Positions 28,955 through 40,300 of a stretch of 64,000 nt of DNA are shown in pieces. The notes below the pieces were generated by a model. That model was not told the origin of the DNA and did not search any database. It saw nothing but the letters and a program-made list of their open reading frames with translations. The translations under genes and the position numbers were made by a program. Numbering within the stretch: the stretch's first letter is position 1; each line of letters opens with the position of its first letter. This DNA is from Gemmatimonas sp. (GTDB lineage Bacteria > Gemmatimonadota > Gemmatimonadetes > Gemmatimonadales > Gemmatimonadaceae), in assembly GCA_965279375.1 (NCBI GenBank), contig OZ257156.1:3168001-3232000 (forward strand), written 5' to 3'.

Positions 28955-30025
28955 ATGTTGACTCACCTGCGCGACCGTATCAGCGATGCCCTTCGTCGCG
29001 CCACGGAAGTCGAGCAGCTCCTCGCCGATCCGGAAACGGTCAAGGACGCACCGCGTCTCGCCTCACTCGGACGCGAGCACCACCGTCTCGCCGATGTCGT
29101 GACGAAAGCCAATCGTCTCGCCAAAGCTGAGGCCGAGCTTGCTGACGCGCGCGAGATGGCGGAGGGCGACGACGCGGAGTTCGCCGCCGAAGCCAAAGCC
29201 GAGGTCGATCGCCTCACGGCAGAGTGTGCGGAGCTCGAGAAGACGCTGTTGCCGCTGCTGATTCCGCGCGATCCGCTCGATGACCGTCCCGCCATTTTTG
29301 AAATTCGTGCCGGCACGGGCGGTGACGAAGCGTCCCTCTTCGCCGCCGACCTGCTGCGCATGTACACGCGCTTCATCGAACGAAAAGGCTGGCGCATCGA
29401 GCAGATCTCCTACTCCGACGGCGTGCTCGGCGGCATCAAGGAATCGGTCTTCAAGGTGCTGGGCGACGGTGCATTCGGCATGCTGCGTTGGGAGTCCGGC
29501 GTGCATCGCGTGCAGCGCGTGCCCGCGACCGAGAGTCAGGGGCGCATTCACACCTCGGCGGCCACGGTGGCGGTGTTGCCGGAAGCCGAAGAAGTCGATG
29601 TGCGCATCGAGGACAAGGATCTGCGCATCGATGTGTTTCGCTCGTCGGGACCTGGCGGGCAAAGTGTGAACACCACCGACTCGGCGGTGCGCATCACGCA
29701 CATTCCCACCGGCATCGTCGTGTCGCAGCAGGATCAAAAGTCGCAGCTGCAGAACAAGGCGAAGGGCATGGAAGTACTGCGGGCGCGTCTGCTCGACCTA
29801 CGCCTGTCGGAGCAGGAGGCCGAGCGTTCGCGTATGCGTCGTTCGCAGGTGTCGACTGGCGATCGGTCAGCAAAGATTCGCACCTACAACTTTCCGCAGG
29901 GGCGCGTCACCGATCACCGTGTGGGCGTCACGCTCTACGACATCGATCGCGTGATGAACGGCGATCTGTCGCAGTTCCTCGACGCGCTCGCGCTGGCCAA
30001 CGCGGAAGAACTGCTGAGCGCCTGA
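28955..30025 (+). CDS. prfA: Peptide chain release factor 1
   Basis: [13 protein letters not shown]1-specific PAT (VPATESQGR), GGQ motif, RTYNFPQ. Confidence 0.97.
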   Translation: MLTHLRDRISDALRRATEVEQLLADPETVKDAPRLASLGREHHRLADVVTKANRLAKAEAELADAREMAEGDDAEFAAEAKAEVDRLTAECAELEKTLLPLLIPRDPLDDRPAIFEIRAGTGGDEASLFAADLLRMYTRFIERKGWRIEQISYSDGVLGGIKESVFKVLGDGAFGMLRWESGVHRVQRVPATESQGRIHTSAATVAVLPEAEEVDVRIEDKDLRIDVFRSSGPGGQSVNTTDSAVRITHIPTGIVVSQQDQKSQLQNKAKGMEVLRARLLDLRLSEQEAERSRMRRSQVSTGDRSAKIRTYNFPQGRVTDHRVGVTLYDIDRVMNGDLSQFLDALALANAEELLSA

Positions 30026-30026
30026 G

Positions 30027-30959
30027 GTGCGCGCGCTGCTTGAGGAGATGGCGCAGGCCATTTCGGCTGCGTCGGTTCTCGACGCGGAAACGCGTGCCGA
30101 TGCAGTGCGCGAAGCACGGCTGCTGGCGGCGGGAGTGCTCGACCTGTCGCCGGGCGAGCTGGCGCAGCGTCTCGACCGCCCGCTGCCGTACACACAACGC
30201 GATCGCATCGTGCAGGCGCTGGCGCGGCGTGTGCGGGGAGAGCCGCTGGCCTACTGCGTCGGCAATGCGCCGTTCCGGCACCTGGTGCTCGCGGTGGATG
30301 CGCGCGTGCTCATCCCTCGCCCGGAGACGGAGATCGTGGTGGAGGAGGCGCTGCGCTGTGTCGCCGCCCGGCCGGGCGGCATCGCCGTGGATATCGGGAC
30401 TGGCTCGGGCGCCATCGCGCTGGCGCTGGCCAGCGAGGGACGCTTCGATCGGGTCATCGCGACCGATGTGTCGGCCGACGCGCTGGTCGTCGCGGCGGGC
30501 AACGCCGCGCGACTGCCCGCCGGCGCGACGCCGCTCGAGTTCAGGGCTGGGTCGGATCTTGCCCCGCTGCAGGGCGTGGTGGCCCGTGTGATTGTCTCGA
30601 ATCCCCCCTACATTGCGTACGAGGAGGCGGCGGGCTTGCCGTCGAGCGTGCGGGACTGGGAGCCGACGCTGGCTCTCTTCGCGGCGAACGACGGAATGGC
30701 CCGCTACGACGCGATCTTGGGTGGCGCAGCACGACATCTCGAACCCGACGGCTGGCTGGTGCTGGAGGTGGACGCACAGCGCGCGCAGGAGACGGCGCGT
30801 CGCGCGACGGTGCATGGCTTTCAGCAGGTGCGACTCGTGCGCGACCTCAGTGGCCGCGAGCGGGTATTGCTCGCACAGCACGCTCCCTCCACACGGGCTG
30901 CCGCAGCATTCGTCGGGACAACTATTGCATCCGGACCAGAGGCCGGGACTCATGCTTGA
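30027..30959 (+). CDS. prmC: Release factor glutamine methyltransferase
   Basis: GEPLAY, VLIPRPETE, DIGTGSG, SNPPYI; directly after prfA. Confidence 0.95.
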   Translation: MRALLEEMAQAISAASVLDAETRADAVREARLLAAGVLDLSPGELAQRLDRPLPYTQRDRIVQALARRVRGEPLAYCVGNAPFRHLVLAVDARVLIPRPETEIVVEEALRCVAARPGGIAVDIGTGSGAIALALASEGRFDRVIATDVSADALVVAAGNAARLPAGATPLEFRAGSDLAPLQGVVARVIVSNPPYIAYEEAAGLPSSVRDWEPTLALFAANDGMARYDAILGGAARHLEPDGWLVLEVDAQRAQETARRATVHGFQQVRLVRDLSGRERVLLAQHAPSTRAAAAFVGTTIASGPEAGTHA

Positions 30960-31302
30960 AGACAAGGCGAAGGATCTTGGCCGCACGATCGGTCAGAGCG
31001 ACGAATACAAGGCCGTGAAGCGATCCAGCGAAGCACTCAATGCCGACCGCGACGCGACCGTGATCCTGCGGCAGATGGAAGCGATCCGCACCGAAGCGCA
31101 GTCGCTGATCGATCGCGGCCAGGAGCCGACGCAGGAGATGGAGCAGCAGCTCGATGCGCTCCTCCAGCAGGTGCAGACGAACCCGTCCTACCAGAGCGCC
31201 ATCTCCGCGCAGGACAACTTCGACAAACTGATGCTGCGCGTGAACCAGTGGATTGCCGACGGCATTCGCGCGGGCGCGACCAGCAAGATCATCCTCGGCT
31301 GA
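30952..31302 (+). CDS. YlbF/YmcA family (Com_YlbF) protein
   Basis: 116-aa helical protein: KAKDLGRTIGQSDEY...NP.YQ....Q..F..LM..VN. Confidence 0.7.
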   Translation: MLEDKAKDLGRTIGQSDEYKAVKRSSEALNADRDATVILRQMEAIRTEAQSLIDRGQEPTQEMEQQLDALLQQVQTNPSYQSAISAQDNFDKLMLRVNQWIADGIRAGATSKIILG

Positions 31303-31333
31303 GCCCGATCAAGGCGTTGACGCGGGGACACGG

Positions 31334-32035
31334 ATGACGCGCGGTCTCTTCCTCGTGCTCGAGGGCGGCGAGGGCGTCGGCAAGACGACGCAATGGACGT
31401 CGATATCGGCGTGGCTCGAGCGCGCCGGTCACGACGTCGTGGCGATCCGCGAGCCGGGCGGCACGCCGGCCGGCGATGCCGTGCGCGCGATTCTCCTCGA
31501 CCCCGAAGCCACGCTGACGCCCGAGGCCGAGGCGTTGCTCTTCGCGGCGTCTCGCGCGCAGCTGGTGGGCACCGTGATTCGTCCGGCGTTGTCGCGCGGA
31601 GCTGTGGTGCTCGTCGATCGTTTCCTGCTCTCGACCTATGCCTATCAGGGCGCCGGTCGCGGATTGGCGCTCGACGCGCTGCGTTCGGCGAATCAGCTCG
31701 CCACCGGTGGACTCGCACCCGATCTGACGCTGCTGCTTTCGATGGGCGTGGACGATGCGCTGGCTCGCATGCGCTCGCGCGGCGAAGCAGACCGGATGGA
31801 GCGTGAATCGGTCGCGTTTCACACGCGCGTAGCCGCGGCGTTTCTCGGCGCCGCGGAGCCGGCGTGGCAGGCGCAGTATCCGGAGATCGGGCCGGTCGTC
31901 ACCGTAGACGCGACGGGCACGACAGGCGAGGTGACCGATCGATGCCTGGCGAGACTCGCCGCCACTTGGCCAGAGCGGTTTGCTTCCTTGGCGCACACTT
32001 CTTCACTTCTCGACGCTGACGTGACACATGGCTGA
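31334..32035 (+). CDS. tmk: Thymidylate kinase
   Basis: LEGGEGVGKTTQ, REPGGT, LLFAASRAQ, DRF..ST.AYQG. Confidence 0.95.
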   Translation: MTRGLFLVLEGGEGVGKTTQWTSISAWLERAGHDVVAIREPGGTPAGDAVRAILLDPEATLTPEAEALLFAASRAQLVGTVIRPALSRGAVVLVDRFLLSTYAYQGAGRGLALDALRSANQLATGGLAPDLTLLLSMGVDDALARMRSRGEADRMERESVAFHTRVAAAFLGAAEPAWQAQYPEIGPVVTVDATGTTGEVTDRCLARLAATWPERFASLAHTSSLLDADVTHG

Positions 32036-33680
32036 TCTATTGCCGGATACGCCACGGACGTCCCGCCGTCGTACGCGCGGCATCGCTGCGGCGGTGATGT
32101 TTGGTGGCCTGCTCGGGCTGGGCGGCTGGTGGACGGGGCGCGATCTGACCAAGGGTGAGCCGCCGAAGATTTCCTCGGTGGGCGGCGCGCACCTGTTCGA
32201 TCAGGTGGTGGCAGCCGTCGCCCGCAGCTACGTGGACTCGCTTCCGGCGGACACGATCTACAGCAAGGCGGTGCTGGGGCTGCTTCACGAACTCAAGGAC
32301 CCGTACACGACCTTCCTCGCGGAAGATCGGCTCAAGCGTCTCAACGAGCAGATCAGCGGCACGTATGCTGGCGTGGGGCTCCAGATGGACGTGCGCGACG
32401 GATGGCCGGTGGTGATCGAGGCGATCCCCGGTGGTCCATCGCATCGAGCGGGCGTCCTGGCGGGCGATCGTCTCGTCAAGGTGGGCACCGAGTCGACCAA
32501 GGGCTGGTCCTTCGGCGAAGTGGCACGCGCGCTGCGTGGACCGCCAGGCTCGCGCATCGCCGTGGCGATGGAGCGCGGCGATCAGCGGCTCAACTTCTCC
32601 GTACAGCGCGATACGGTGCGCCTGCGCGCGGTCCTGCACGTCGTGCTGCTCCCCGGCGCTGTCGGATACGCCGACGTGAAGGTCTTCGGCAGCCAGACCA
32701 CGACGGAGTTGCAGGCGGCGGTTGACTCGCTCGTCAAGCAGGGAGCGCGATCGCTCGTGCTCGACCTGCGCGGCAATCCTGGCGGGTTGCTGGAGCAGGG
32801 CGTGGCTGTGTCCGAGCTATTCCTCGATCCGGGGCAGAGCATTGTGCAGCTGCGCGCGCGGCCGGGTGCGCAGCCACAGACGTACACCGATCGTGACGCG
32901 CAGCGCTGGCCCACGCTCCCCATCGCCGTGCTCGTGGATGGCGGCAGCGCGAGTGCATCCGAGATTGTCGCCGGTGCGCTGCAGGACCACGATCGCGCGC
33001 TGGTGCTGGGGCGCACATCGTTCGGTAAGGGCAGTGCACAGAACGTCTACCCGCTGATGTCCGGCGGCGCGCTGCGACTGACGACGGCGCGTTGGTACAC
33101 GCCGGTGGGACGCAGCATCAATCGGCCTGCGCCGCGTGACAAGGATGACGAGCCCACGGATGCCAACGGCGTGGCACTGCCGGCCGATACGCTGCGGCCG
33201 AGCTTCCGCACCGATGCCGGTCGATCGGTGCTGGGCGGTGGCGGCATCACGCCTGACGTGATCGCGGGTGACACGGTGGCACCGCTGCCGGTGCAGGCGC
33301 TGGCTCGCGCGATGGGCAAGCACTTTGGCGCCTATCGCGACGCCATCGCCAAGCTTGCCATGCAACTGAAGCGCGGTATCAAGACGCCGTCCGATGCGGT
33401 GACACCGGCGATGCTCGACGCGCTGTTCGCCGACTTGCAGGCGCGTGGCGTTGCGCCGGACCGGAAGGTCTTCGACGCGGCGTCGCCGTGGATTGCGCGT
33501 TCGGTCGGCTACGAAATGACGCGTGTGGCGTTCGGCGCAGACGCCGATTTCCTGCGTCGCACCGAAGACGACGTGGCGCTGCAGCGTGCGCTGCAACTGA
33601 TGCAGGGCTCGCGGACGCCGCGCGATGTATTCTCGCGTCTCGAGCAGCAGCGGATTGTCGAGGTGCCGACGTCGCGCTGA
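32028..33680 (+). CDS. C-terminal processing peptidase, S41A family
   Basis: N-terminal TM, PDZ domain, DLRGNPGG, SASASEIVAGALQD, FGKGSAQ. Confidence 0.93.
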   Translation: MADLLPDTPRTSRRRTRGIAAAVMFGGLLGLGGWWTGRDLTKGEPPKISSVGGAHLFDQVVAAVARSYVDSLPADTIYSKAVLGLLHELKDPYTTFLAEDRLKRLNEQISGTYAGVGLQMDVRDGWPVVIEAIPGGPSHRAGVLAGDRLVKVGTESTKGWSFGEVARALRGPPGSRIAVAMERGDQRLNFSVQRDTVRLRAVLHVVLLPGAVGYADVKVFGSQTTTELQAAVDSLVKQGARSLVLDLRGNPGGLLEQGVAVSELFLDPGQSIVQLRARPGAQPQTYTDRDAQRWPTLPIAVLVDGGSASASEIVAGALQDHDRALVLGRTSFGKGSAQNVYPLMSGGALRLTTARWYTPVGRSINRPAPRDKDDEPTDANGVALPADTLRPSFRTDAGRSVLGGGGITPDVIAGDTVAPLPVQALARAMGKHFGAYRDAIAKLAMQLKRGIKTPSDAVTPAMLDALFADLQARGVAPDRKVFDAASPWIARSVGYEMTRVAFGADADFLRRTEDDVALQRALQLMQGSRTPRDVFSRLEQQRIVEVPTSR

Positions 33681-33704
33681 GTGCGCGCGACGTCGGATCG
33701 TCGA

Positions 33705-34403
33705 TCAGGTGCCGGGGATCTTGGTGACGACCTTGGCGCCCTTGGGCGGCGAGAACTTGAAGGCGTCGCGAGCAATGGTGGCGTCGGGCGACCAGGTGGT
33801 GAGCGTGATCAATCGATCGACGCCTTGCGCATCCACCACCTGCACACGAATCGGGCGAGGCTCCTTGTCATCCAGCCAAAGCGTGGCCCGCTGAAAGGGC
33901 ACCGTGCCGGCGGCCTTTGGCACCAGCGTCACCTTCTTTGTGGCGTGTCCCTCAATCGTGACTGCGTCACCACCGCCGATCGTGAAGGCTTCGCGTGGTG
34001 TCTCGAGCAATTGCCCCAGCAAGTCGGCCACGATGGCGCCGTCGGCGCTTGCCGGGAGCTTGAGCACCTGACCCGGTGCGCTGCTGGGCAAGTACACCCA
34101 CAGTGACTTGCCATCACCCACGATCCGGTCGCCTGCAGGGTCGGTGAAGGTGATGGAGACCAGCCCCGGACGCTGTTGCTGAAACAGTCCACGCGAGGTC
34201 ACCGTGCGACCGAGCAGCGGGTTGGTGATCTGTTGATCGAACTTCGCTTCGAGTGACTGCTGCGACGCCCATGCCTTGGCGACGCGCTCGTATGCGGCCT
34301 CGGCGGCTGGCGCCTGTGCGAACGTCACGCGAGCGGTGGTGGCGATTCCAACGGCCACCACCGCGGCTGCGATGATTCGAGATGACTGCTTGGCTGTGTG
34401 CAT
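33705..34403 (-). CDS. lolA: Outer-membrane lipoprotein carrier LolA
   Basis: Signal peptide, F.Q, QRPG, IVGDGKSLWVY, FKFSPPKGA. Confidence 0.85.
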   Translation of the reverse strand: MHTAKQSSRIIAAAVVAVGIATTARVTFAQAPAAEAAYERVAKAWASQQSLEAKFDQQITNPLLGRTVTSRGLFQQQRPGLVSITFTDPAGDRIVGDGKSLWVYLPSSAPGQVLKLPASADGAIVADLLGQLLETPREAFTIGGGDAVTIEGHATKKVTLVPKAAGTVPFQRATLWLDDKEPRPIRVQVVDAQGVDRLITLTTWSPDATIARDAFKFSPPKGAKVVTKIPGT

Positions 34404-34449
34404 GGTCTTGGCTACCCCGCGCGTGTTCGCTCGTGCCGTTCGCGGTAGC

Positions 34450-35499
34450 TCAGGTCTTGGGAGTCGGCAGTCCGGGCGTCGGCGCAATCTCGCGGCCGAT
34501 CGCACCCGCGATGAGTCGCAGCTGCTTGACCAGCTCGGTGAACTGATCCGGATACAGCGACTGCGCACCGTCCGAAAGCGCCTTATCGGGCGTCGGATGT
34601 ACTTCCACCAGAATACCGTCCGCACCGGCAGCGACGGCCGCGCGCGCCATCGGCGTCACCTTGTCGCGCAGTCCCGTGCCATGGCTCGGGTCGGCAACGA
34701 TTGGCAGATGCGAGAGCTTCTGTACCACGGGAATCGCCGTGAGGTCGAACAGATTGCGCGTCGCCGAATCGAACGTGCGCACACCGCGCTCGCAGAGAAT
34801 CACGTTCGGATTCCCCTCGGCGAGAATGTACTCGGCGCTGAGCAGCAGATCGTTGATGGTGGCGGCCATGCCGCGCTTGAGCAGGACCGGCTTGCCGAGT
34901 TTTCCGACGTGCCGCAGCAGCGAATAGTTCTGCATGTTGCGCGCGCCGATCTGAATGCAGTCAGCGTATTCGGCCACGAGATCTGCGCCATGCTCGTCCA
35001 TCGCCTCGGTGACGATGGCCAACCCCGTCACTTCACGCGCCAACGCAAGCAGTTCGAGTCCCTTCTTGCCGAGCCCCTGGAAGGCATACGGCGACGAACG
35101 CGGCTTGAAGGCACCGCCGCGCAGTGCAGTCGCGCCACCAGCGCTGACGGCGCGCGCCGATGCCAGAATCTGCTCTTCGCTCTCGACGGAGCACGGGCCG
35201 GCGAACACGACGATGTTGCCGCCACCGACGCGCACGCCCGGCGCGATCTCGACGATCGTGGATTCGTTCTTCCATTCACGTGCGGCCTGACGATACGGCT
35301 TCTGCACGATCAGCACGCTGCTGACGGACGGCAGCCCTTCGATGTGTCCCCAGTCGATCTTGGAGTCGTCGCCGAGCAGGCCGATGGCCATGCGCGTCTC
35401 TCCGGGCATCGGCATGGGCTTGAATCCCTGGCGTACGATCTCTTCGCATACGCGCTGGATATCCGCTTCACTCGCCTTCGGCTGCATCACGACCAGCAT
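34450..35499 (-). CDS. aroF: 3-deoxy-7-phosphoheptulonate synthase (type I beta, N-terminal regulatory domain)
   Basis: [45 protein letters not shown]. Confidence 0.95.
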   Translation of the reverse strand: MLVVMQPKASEADIQRVCEEIVRQGFKPMPMPGETRMAIGLLGDDSKIDWGHIEGLPSVSSVLIVQKPYRQAAREWKNESTIVEIAPGVRVGGGNIVVFAGPCSVESEEQILASARAVSAGGATALRGGAFKPRSSPYAFQGLGKKGLELLALAREVTGLAIVTEAMDEHGADLVAEYADCIQIGARNMQNYSLLRHVGKLGKPVLLKRGMAATINDLLLSAEYILAEGNPNVILCERGVRTFDSATRNLFDLTAIPVVQKLSHLPIVADPSHGTGLRDKVTPMARAAVAAGADGILVEVHPTPDKALSDGAQSLYPDQFTELVKQLRLIAGAIGREIAPTPGLPTPKT

Positions 35500-35553
35500 G
35501 GCACGTCCTCAGAAAACAAAATGGAAACGTCAGTTCGAAACGTCGGTGCGACG

Positions 35554-36312
35554 TCAGAATTCGATGGTCAGTCCGTCCGTCGCGAGCACCACCGGGCCCG
35601 CGTAGTGTTCGGCGACTTCCGCTGCGATGTCCACGTGTTCGACCGGCGCGTAGAAGTGCGTGAGAACCAGTCGTGACGCGTTCGCCTGCGCGGCCAACGC
35701 GCCAGCCTGTCGTGGCGTGAGATGCTCCCGGATCGCCATCGCGTCCGGCAGCGAGCACTCGGCCAGCAGCAGGTCACATCCGCTTGCCCAATGCGCCAGC
35801 GTTTCGTCCGCCCCCGTGTCCCCTGTGTACACGAGGCGTACCCGACCATCACCAACGGAATATGCCACGCTCTCCGAGGTATGCGGTACCGGCAGCGCCT
35901 CGAGATGAACGACGTCGTTGAGGGACAGCGAAGTCCGCGGCAGGAGCTCGCACACCGTGAGCGGAAACCCGGGGGCGAGCATCCACGCGCCGTACACGGC
36001 AGCCATGCGTTCCAGCAGTGCGGTCGTGCCCACCGGGCCATACAGCGTGACCGGGGCAGTGCGTGCCGGAAGCTGACCCCAGCGCCACCCCATCAGCAGC
36101 ATGGGCAGGTCGCTGATGTGATCGGCGTGGAAATGCGTCAGCGCGAGATGTGTGATGCCGGACCAATCGAGCCCGAGAGCGGCCATGCGGTGCACGCAGC
36201 CCGCGCCGCAGTCGAGCAGCAGGCGAACGTCTCCCGCTTCGACCAGATGCGCCGCAGCGACGCGCGACGGATGCGGCGCGGCGGTCCCGGTGCCGACTGT
36301 CGTCAGTCGCAT
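35554..36312 (-). CDS. MBL-fold hydrolase, RNase Z/BN-like
   Basis: GTG, LLDCG, THFHADH, YTGDT, LVLTHFY. Confidence 0.85.
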   Translation of the reverse strand: MRLTTVGTGTAAPHPSRVAAAHLVEAGDVRLLLDCGAGCVHRMAALGLDWSGITHLALTHFHADHISDLPMLLMGWRWGQLPARTAPVTLYGPVGTTALLERMAAVYGAWMLAPGFPLTVCELLPRTSLSLNDVVHLEALPVPHTSESVAYSVGDGRVRLVYTGDTGADETLAHWASGCDLLLAECSLPDAMAIREHLTPRQAGALAAQANASRLVLTHFYAPVEHVDIAAEVAEHYAGPVVLATDGLTIEF

Positions 36313-36322
36313 GAAACGCTGA

Positions 36323-37336
36323 TCATCGCGGCCGAAAGAGCGCCTTTCGGAAGATCGGTGGTTCCTTGCCCACGCGAAAACGCAGCAAATAGACACCCGG
36401 TGCGACCGTGCGCCCATCGCTGCCGGTTCCGTCCCACACGAAGCGATTGTCGCAGTTGCTGCCGCCGCCGGGCGCGCCGCGTCCGTAGCGACCGGGCGGG
36501 AAGCTGAAGGCCGCGTCTGCCGGGTTCATGATCGACCGAATGAAGTTGCCGCGCACGTCCAGCACGTCTATCGCGACCTGTCCGCCCGGCTCGCCGATAT
36601 CGAACCAGAAACAGGTCGCAAACGCCGTCGCACTCGGAAACGGGTTCGGAAAGTTCTGATAGAAAATCGTCGTCGTCGGCAGCGGCGGGTCGATGATCAG
36701 GAAGCTCGCCGCATTCGTCAGCCGGATGGTCGCACCGGTGCCGAGCGTGGCGGTCAGCGTCCAACGATACGAGGTGTTGGCTTGCAGGTTGGTCGGCGGC
36801 CGAAAAACCGTGTCGCGAATGCCGCTCGCTGCCAGTTCGGTGCGTCCCTGCGAGGTGATTTCCAGTTGGTATGTCCAACCACGCGTTGCTGCGACCACCG
36901 GCGCACTGCGCCACACGAACAGCGGACGGCGCACGTCGAAGATGTTGCCGTTCACCGAATTCGGGTCGACGAGCGTCAGCCACGGCGGGACGCGACGTGG
37001 GCCGAATACGGTGGACAACGTGCGGACACCATTCGCCAGCTCGACGATGGCACGCAGATACACGTTCGCGTCGCTCGGCAGGGGACGCGTGATCTGCACC
37101 GCGTTTACGCTGTCGTTGCTCACGAAGGACGTGTCCAGCACCACGCTCGCGAAGTCGGCCGTCGTTGAGGCCTGCAGTGAGACTCGATACGGCGCCGCCG
37201 CACCGAATCCGCTGGCCCGCACCGTCACGGCGGGTGTGACCGTCAGGAGCGTCGCTTCAGACGGACCGGTAAGCGTCACCGTTTGCGCCGCCAACCCGGC
37301 GACGGGCGCTGCGCTCAACAGGCACAGCCGCCACAT
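36323..37336 (-). CDS. Secreted beta-sandwich protein with a C-terminal FlgD-Ig / T9SS-CTD-like domain
   Basis: Signal-like N-terminus; YQNFPNPF...IDVLDVRG..WDGT..DG..V.PGVYLLR; start uncertain. Confidence 0.65.
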   Translation of the reverse strand: MWRLCLLSAAPVAGLAAQTVTLTGPSEATLLTVTPAVTVRASGFGAAAPYRVSLQASTTADFASVVLDTSFVSNDSVNAVQITRPLPSDANVYLRAIVELANGVRTLSTVFGPRRVPPWLTLVDPNSVNGNIFDVRRPLFVWRSAPVVAATRGWTYQLEITSQGRTELAASGIRDTVFRPPTNLQANTSYRWTLTATLGTGATIRLTNAASFLIIDPPLPTTTIFYQNFPNPFPSATAFATCFWFDIGEPGGQVAIDVLDVRGNFIRSIMNPADAAFSFPPGRYGRGAPGGGSNCDNRFVWDGTGSDGRTVAPGVYLLRFRVGKEPPIFRKALFRPR

Positions 37337-37355
37337 CGCCCAGCACCGCACGATC

Positions 37356-40300
37356 CTACGCAGGCGTTGACCCGGCGGTCGGTCCATCGTCGCCCTCGGC
37401 CAGCACCGCATCGAGCACATCCTCCAGCTCGACGGCGTTCGGATCGTCCTCTGTCGCTGATGCAGGCGACTCGTCGAGGACGTTGCCACCGCGCAATCGC
37501 ACGCTGACCACGGACGATACGCCCGGCTCCTGCATCGTCACGCCGTAGACGGCATCAGCCGCTTCCGTCGTGGTGCGCGGGTTGTGCGTGATGACGATGA
37601 ACTGCGTACGCGTCTTGAACTGGTTGAGCATCTTCACGAACCGGCCGACGTTCTGGTCGTCGAGCGGCGCGTCCACTTCGTCGAGCAGACAGAACGGGCT
37701 CGGCTTGGTGAGGAAGATGCCAAACAGCAGCGAGAGGGCGACGAGTGCGCGTTCACCGCTCGAGAGCAGATGAATGCGCTGCGTCTTCTTGCCGCGCGGC
37801 GAGGCGTGGATTTCGATGTCGCAGTCGAGCGGCTGATCCGGATTCTCGAGGCGCAGGTCGCACTCGCCGCCGCCGAACAACGTGAGGAAGATCTGGCGGA
37901 AATTCTCGCGCACCTGCGAGAACGTGACGAGGAACAACTCGCGCGCCGTGCTGTCGATTTCGCGAATGGCCTGATGCAGCGACTGCTTGGCCGCCACGAG
38001 ATCGTTGCGCTGGCTGGTGAGGAACTCCAACCGCCGCTGCTCTTCCTCGTGTTCTTCGATGGCCAGCGGATTGACCGGGCCCAATTCATCCAGAGACGCG
38101 CGCAGCTGCTGCGCTTCGGTGCGCAGTGCCTCGGTTTCGTCTTCCAGCGATTCGAAGCCGTTGAGCAAGTCTTCCAGCGAACGACGCCACTCCGTCTCCA
38201 ACCGCTGACGGATGGCCTCGCGACGGCCCGACAGCTCCGTGTGCCGCAACTGCGCACCGTGCAACTGCTCGCCCAGTGCCGTCGAGCGGCGTCGCGCTTC
38301 GTCCAATGCAACTTCCGCTGCATCGAGCGCCGTCGTGGACGAGGCGACCATGCGCTCCGCGTCGGCCAACCGTCCGTCGGCATCGGCCAGAGACTTCTGC
38401 TGCGTTTCCATCTCGGTGCGCCACGCCGCCAACTGCTCGGCCAACTGCTGGTCGGCGCTGGAGAGCGTGGAGAGCTCCTTGGCCAGCGATTCGAGACGTG
38501 CCGCCGCGGTGGAGTCCTCCTCGAGCAACCGCTTCTCGCGATCGATCGCGACGGACAAGCGCGCCTGCGCCTGTGCCTGCGTGACCTGGCACATGGAGCG
38601 GGCTTCGCGCGCCTGCTCCTGTTCGCGGTCCGCGTTGCTCAACTCTTCACGCGCATCAGCGATGGCGGTGTCCGCCTCGCCCGCGCGCGCCTGCAACGCC
38701 TCGACCTGCTCGGCCAACTTCGCCGACTTGGCCTCCAGTTCTGTAATGCGCGTGACCAGCCTTTCGGCGAGTGCACTCGACTGCTGCAGTTCGCGCTCTG
38801 CGCGTTCCTTGCGGCGTCCGACTTCCTTCTGCACTTCGTCGGCACGACGCGCTTCCTGCTGCGCGCGGTTAGACGCTTCCGTTGCCACCTGCTGCGCGCG
38901 CTCCGCTTCGCCGAGCGCGATGCGTGCATCGTCGGCGGCCATCATCGCTTCGTCGCCGCGCAGATCGGCGGCCTGCAGCTCGGCTTCCAGACGCGTCAGT
39001 TCGGCCTTTCGCTGCAGCGGGCCGGGGCCCGATGCGGTTCCCGGCAGGAACACCGCGCCGCGCTCGTCGATGAATGACTCGCCGGCGTCGGCCGTGCGCA
39101 CCTTGCCCAGCAGCGCCCGCACCCACGACACACCGGGACCCGTCGCCTGCACACGCGTGGCGAGTGCATCGGCGTCCACGCCCAACTCGGCAATCACATC
39201 GACAGGCAACAACAGCAGCGGTCCCGGCTGCGTCTGCGCATGCCACGCACGAATGGCCGTCGCCGCTTCCGCATCACGCACGACGATGGCGTGCATCGTC
39301 GCGCCGAGGTAGCGCTCGACCAGCTTGGCCGCCTCGCCGTCGGCGGTTAGGAAGTCGGTGAGCGGACCGAGAATGGCGCCAGCGCCAAACCGTTCACGCT
39401 CGCGCAGCAGCTTGGCCGCCGACGGCGCCAGACCGACACGCTCGCGCTCCAACGATTCGAGCGCGTGCACGCGCCCCTCGATGGCCGTGCGCTGCTGCAC
39501 CACCGTGGCCAACGCGCTCCGTGCTTCAGCGTCGGCGGTGCGTGCGGAGGCCGCCGCGAGGCGTGCGCCTTCGAGCGCGTGCAGGGCGTCCTGCGCATCC
39601 GACTGTGTAAGCGCGACCGCTTCGCTCGCCGCGACGAGTTCACGCTCGATGGTGGCGAACGCATCGGCCAGCTGCTGACGCTCGAGCTCGAGCACATCGC
39701 GGCGCTGCTGTGTTTCCGCGAACTCGCGTCCCGTGCCTTCGCGATCGAGCTCCAGTCGACGTGCCTGATCGCGATGCTCGCGCACCTGACGTTCGAGCTG
39801 ATCGAGCGCGGCGCGCGCGCGCTGTACGGCTTCACGCGTGGTCTGTTCGGCGGCGATGCGCTGCTGCAGTGCTTCACCCGCCTCGGCGAGTTCGCTTTCG
39901 AGCGTGGCACGATCGGACACGGCGCGCTCACGATCTTCGCGCAGACGCTGACCGAAGGCCTCGTTGTCCTTGCGTTCCTGTTCGGCGCGCTCGCGGCGCT
40001 GCAGCGTGCTGCGTTGCCGCTCTTCGGCGACGGCCAACTCCCGTTCGAGCTGCCGTGTCTTGTCGCGCTGTTCACTGGCCAGGCGCGCGAGTTCCAAACG
40101 ACTCGCTTCGGCCGTGGCGCGTGCACTGTGCGCGGTTTCGCGAGCGCCTTCGGCGGCCTGAATCACTTCGTCGGCGCCGGGCACTTCGGCTTGCAGCTCT
40201 GCCAGTCGCGTGTCGAGTGCAGTCAGCTCATCGCGCCACGCGGCCATCTCGCGCGTGGCCAGCGACAGCTCCACCTGAAAACGACGCGCCATCAGCTCCG

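Noticed and set aside
28955..30025. Programmed frameshift in the release factor gene
   Set aside because: This is RF1 (PAT motif) with a continuous frame; the frameshift is a prfB feature.
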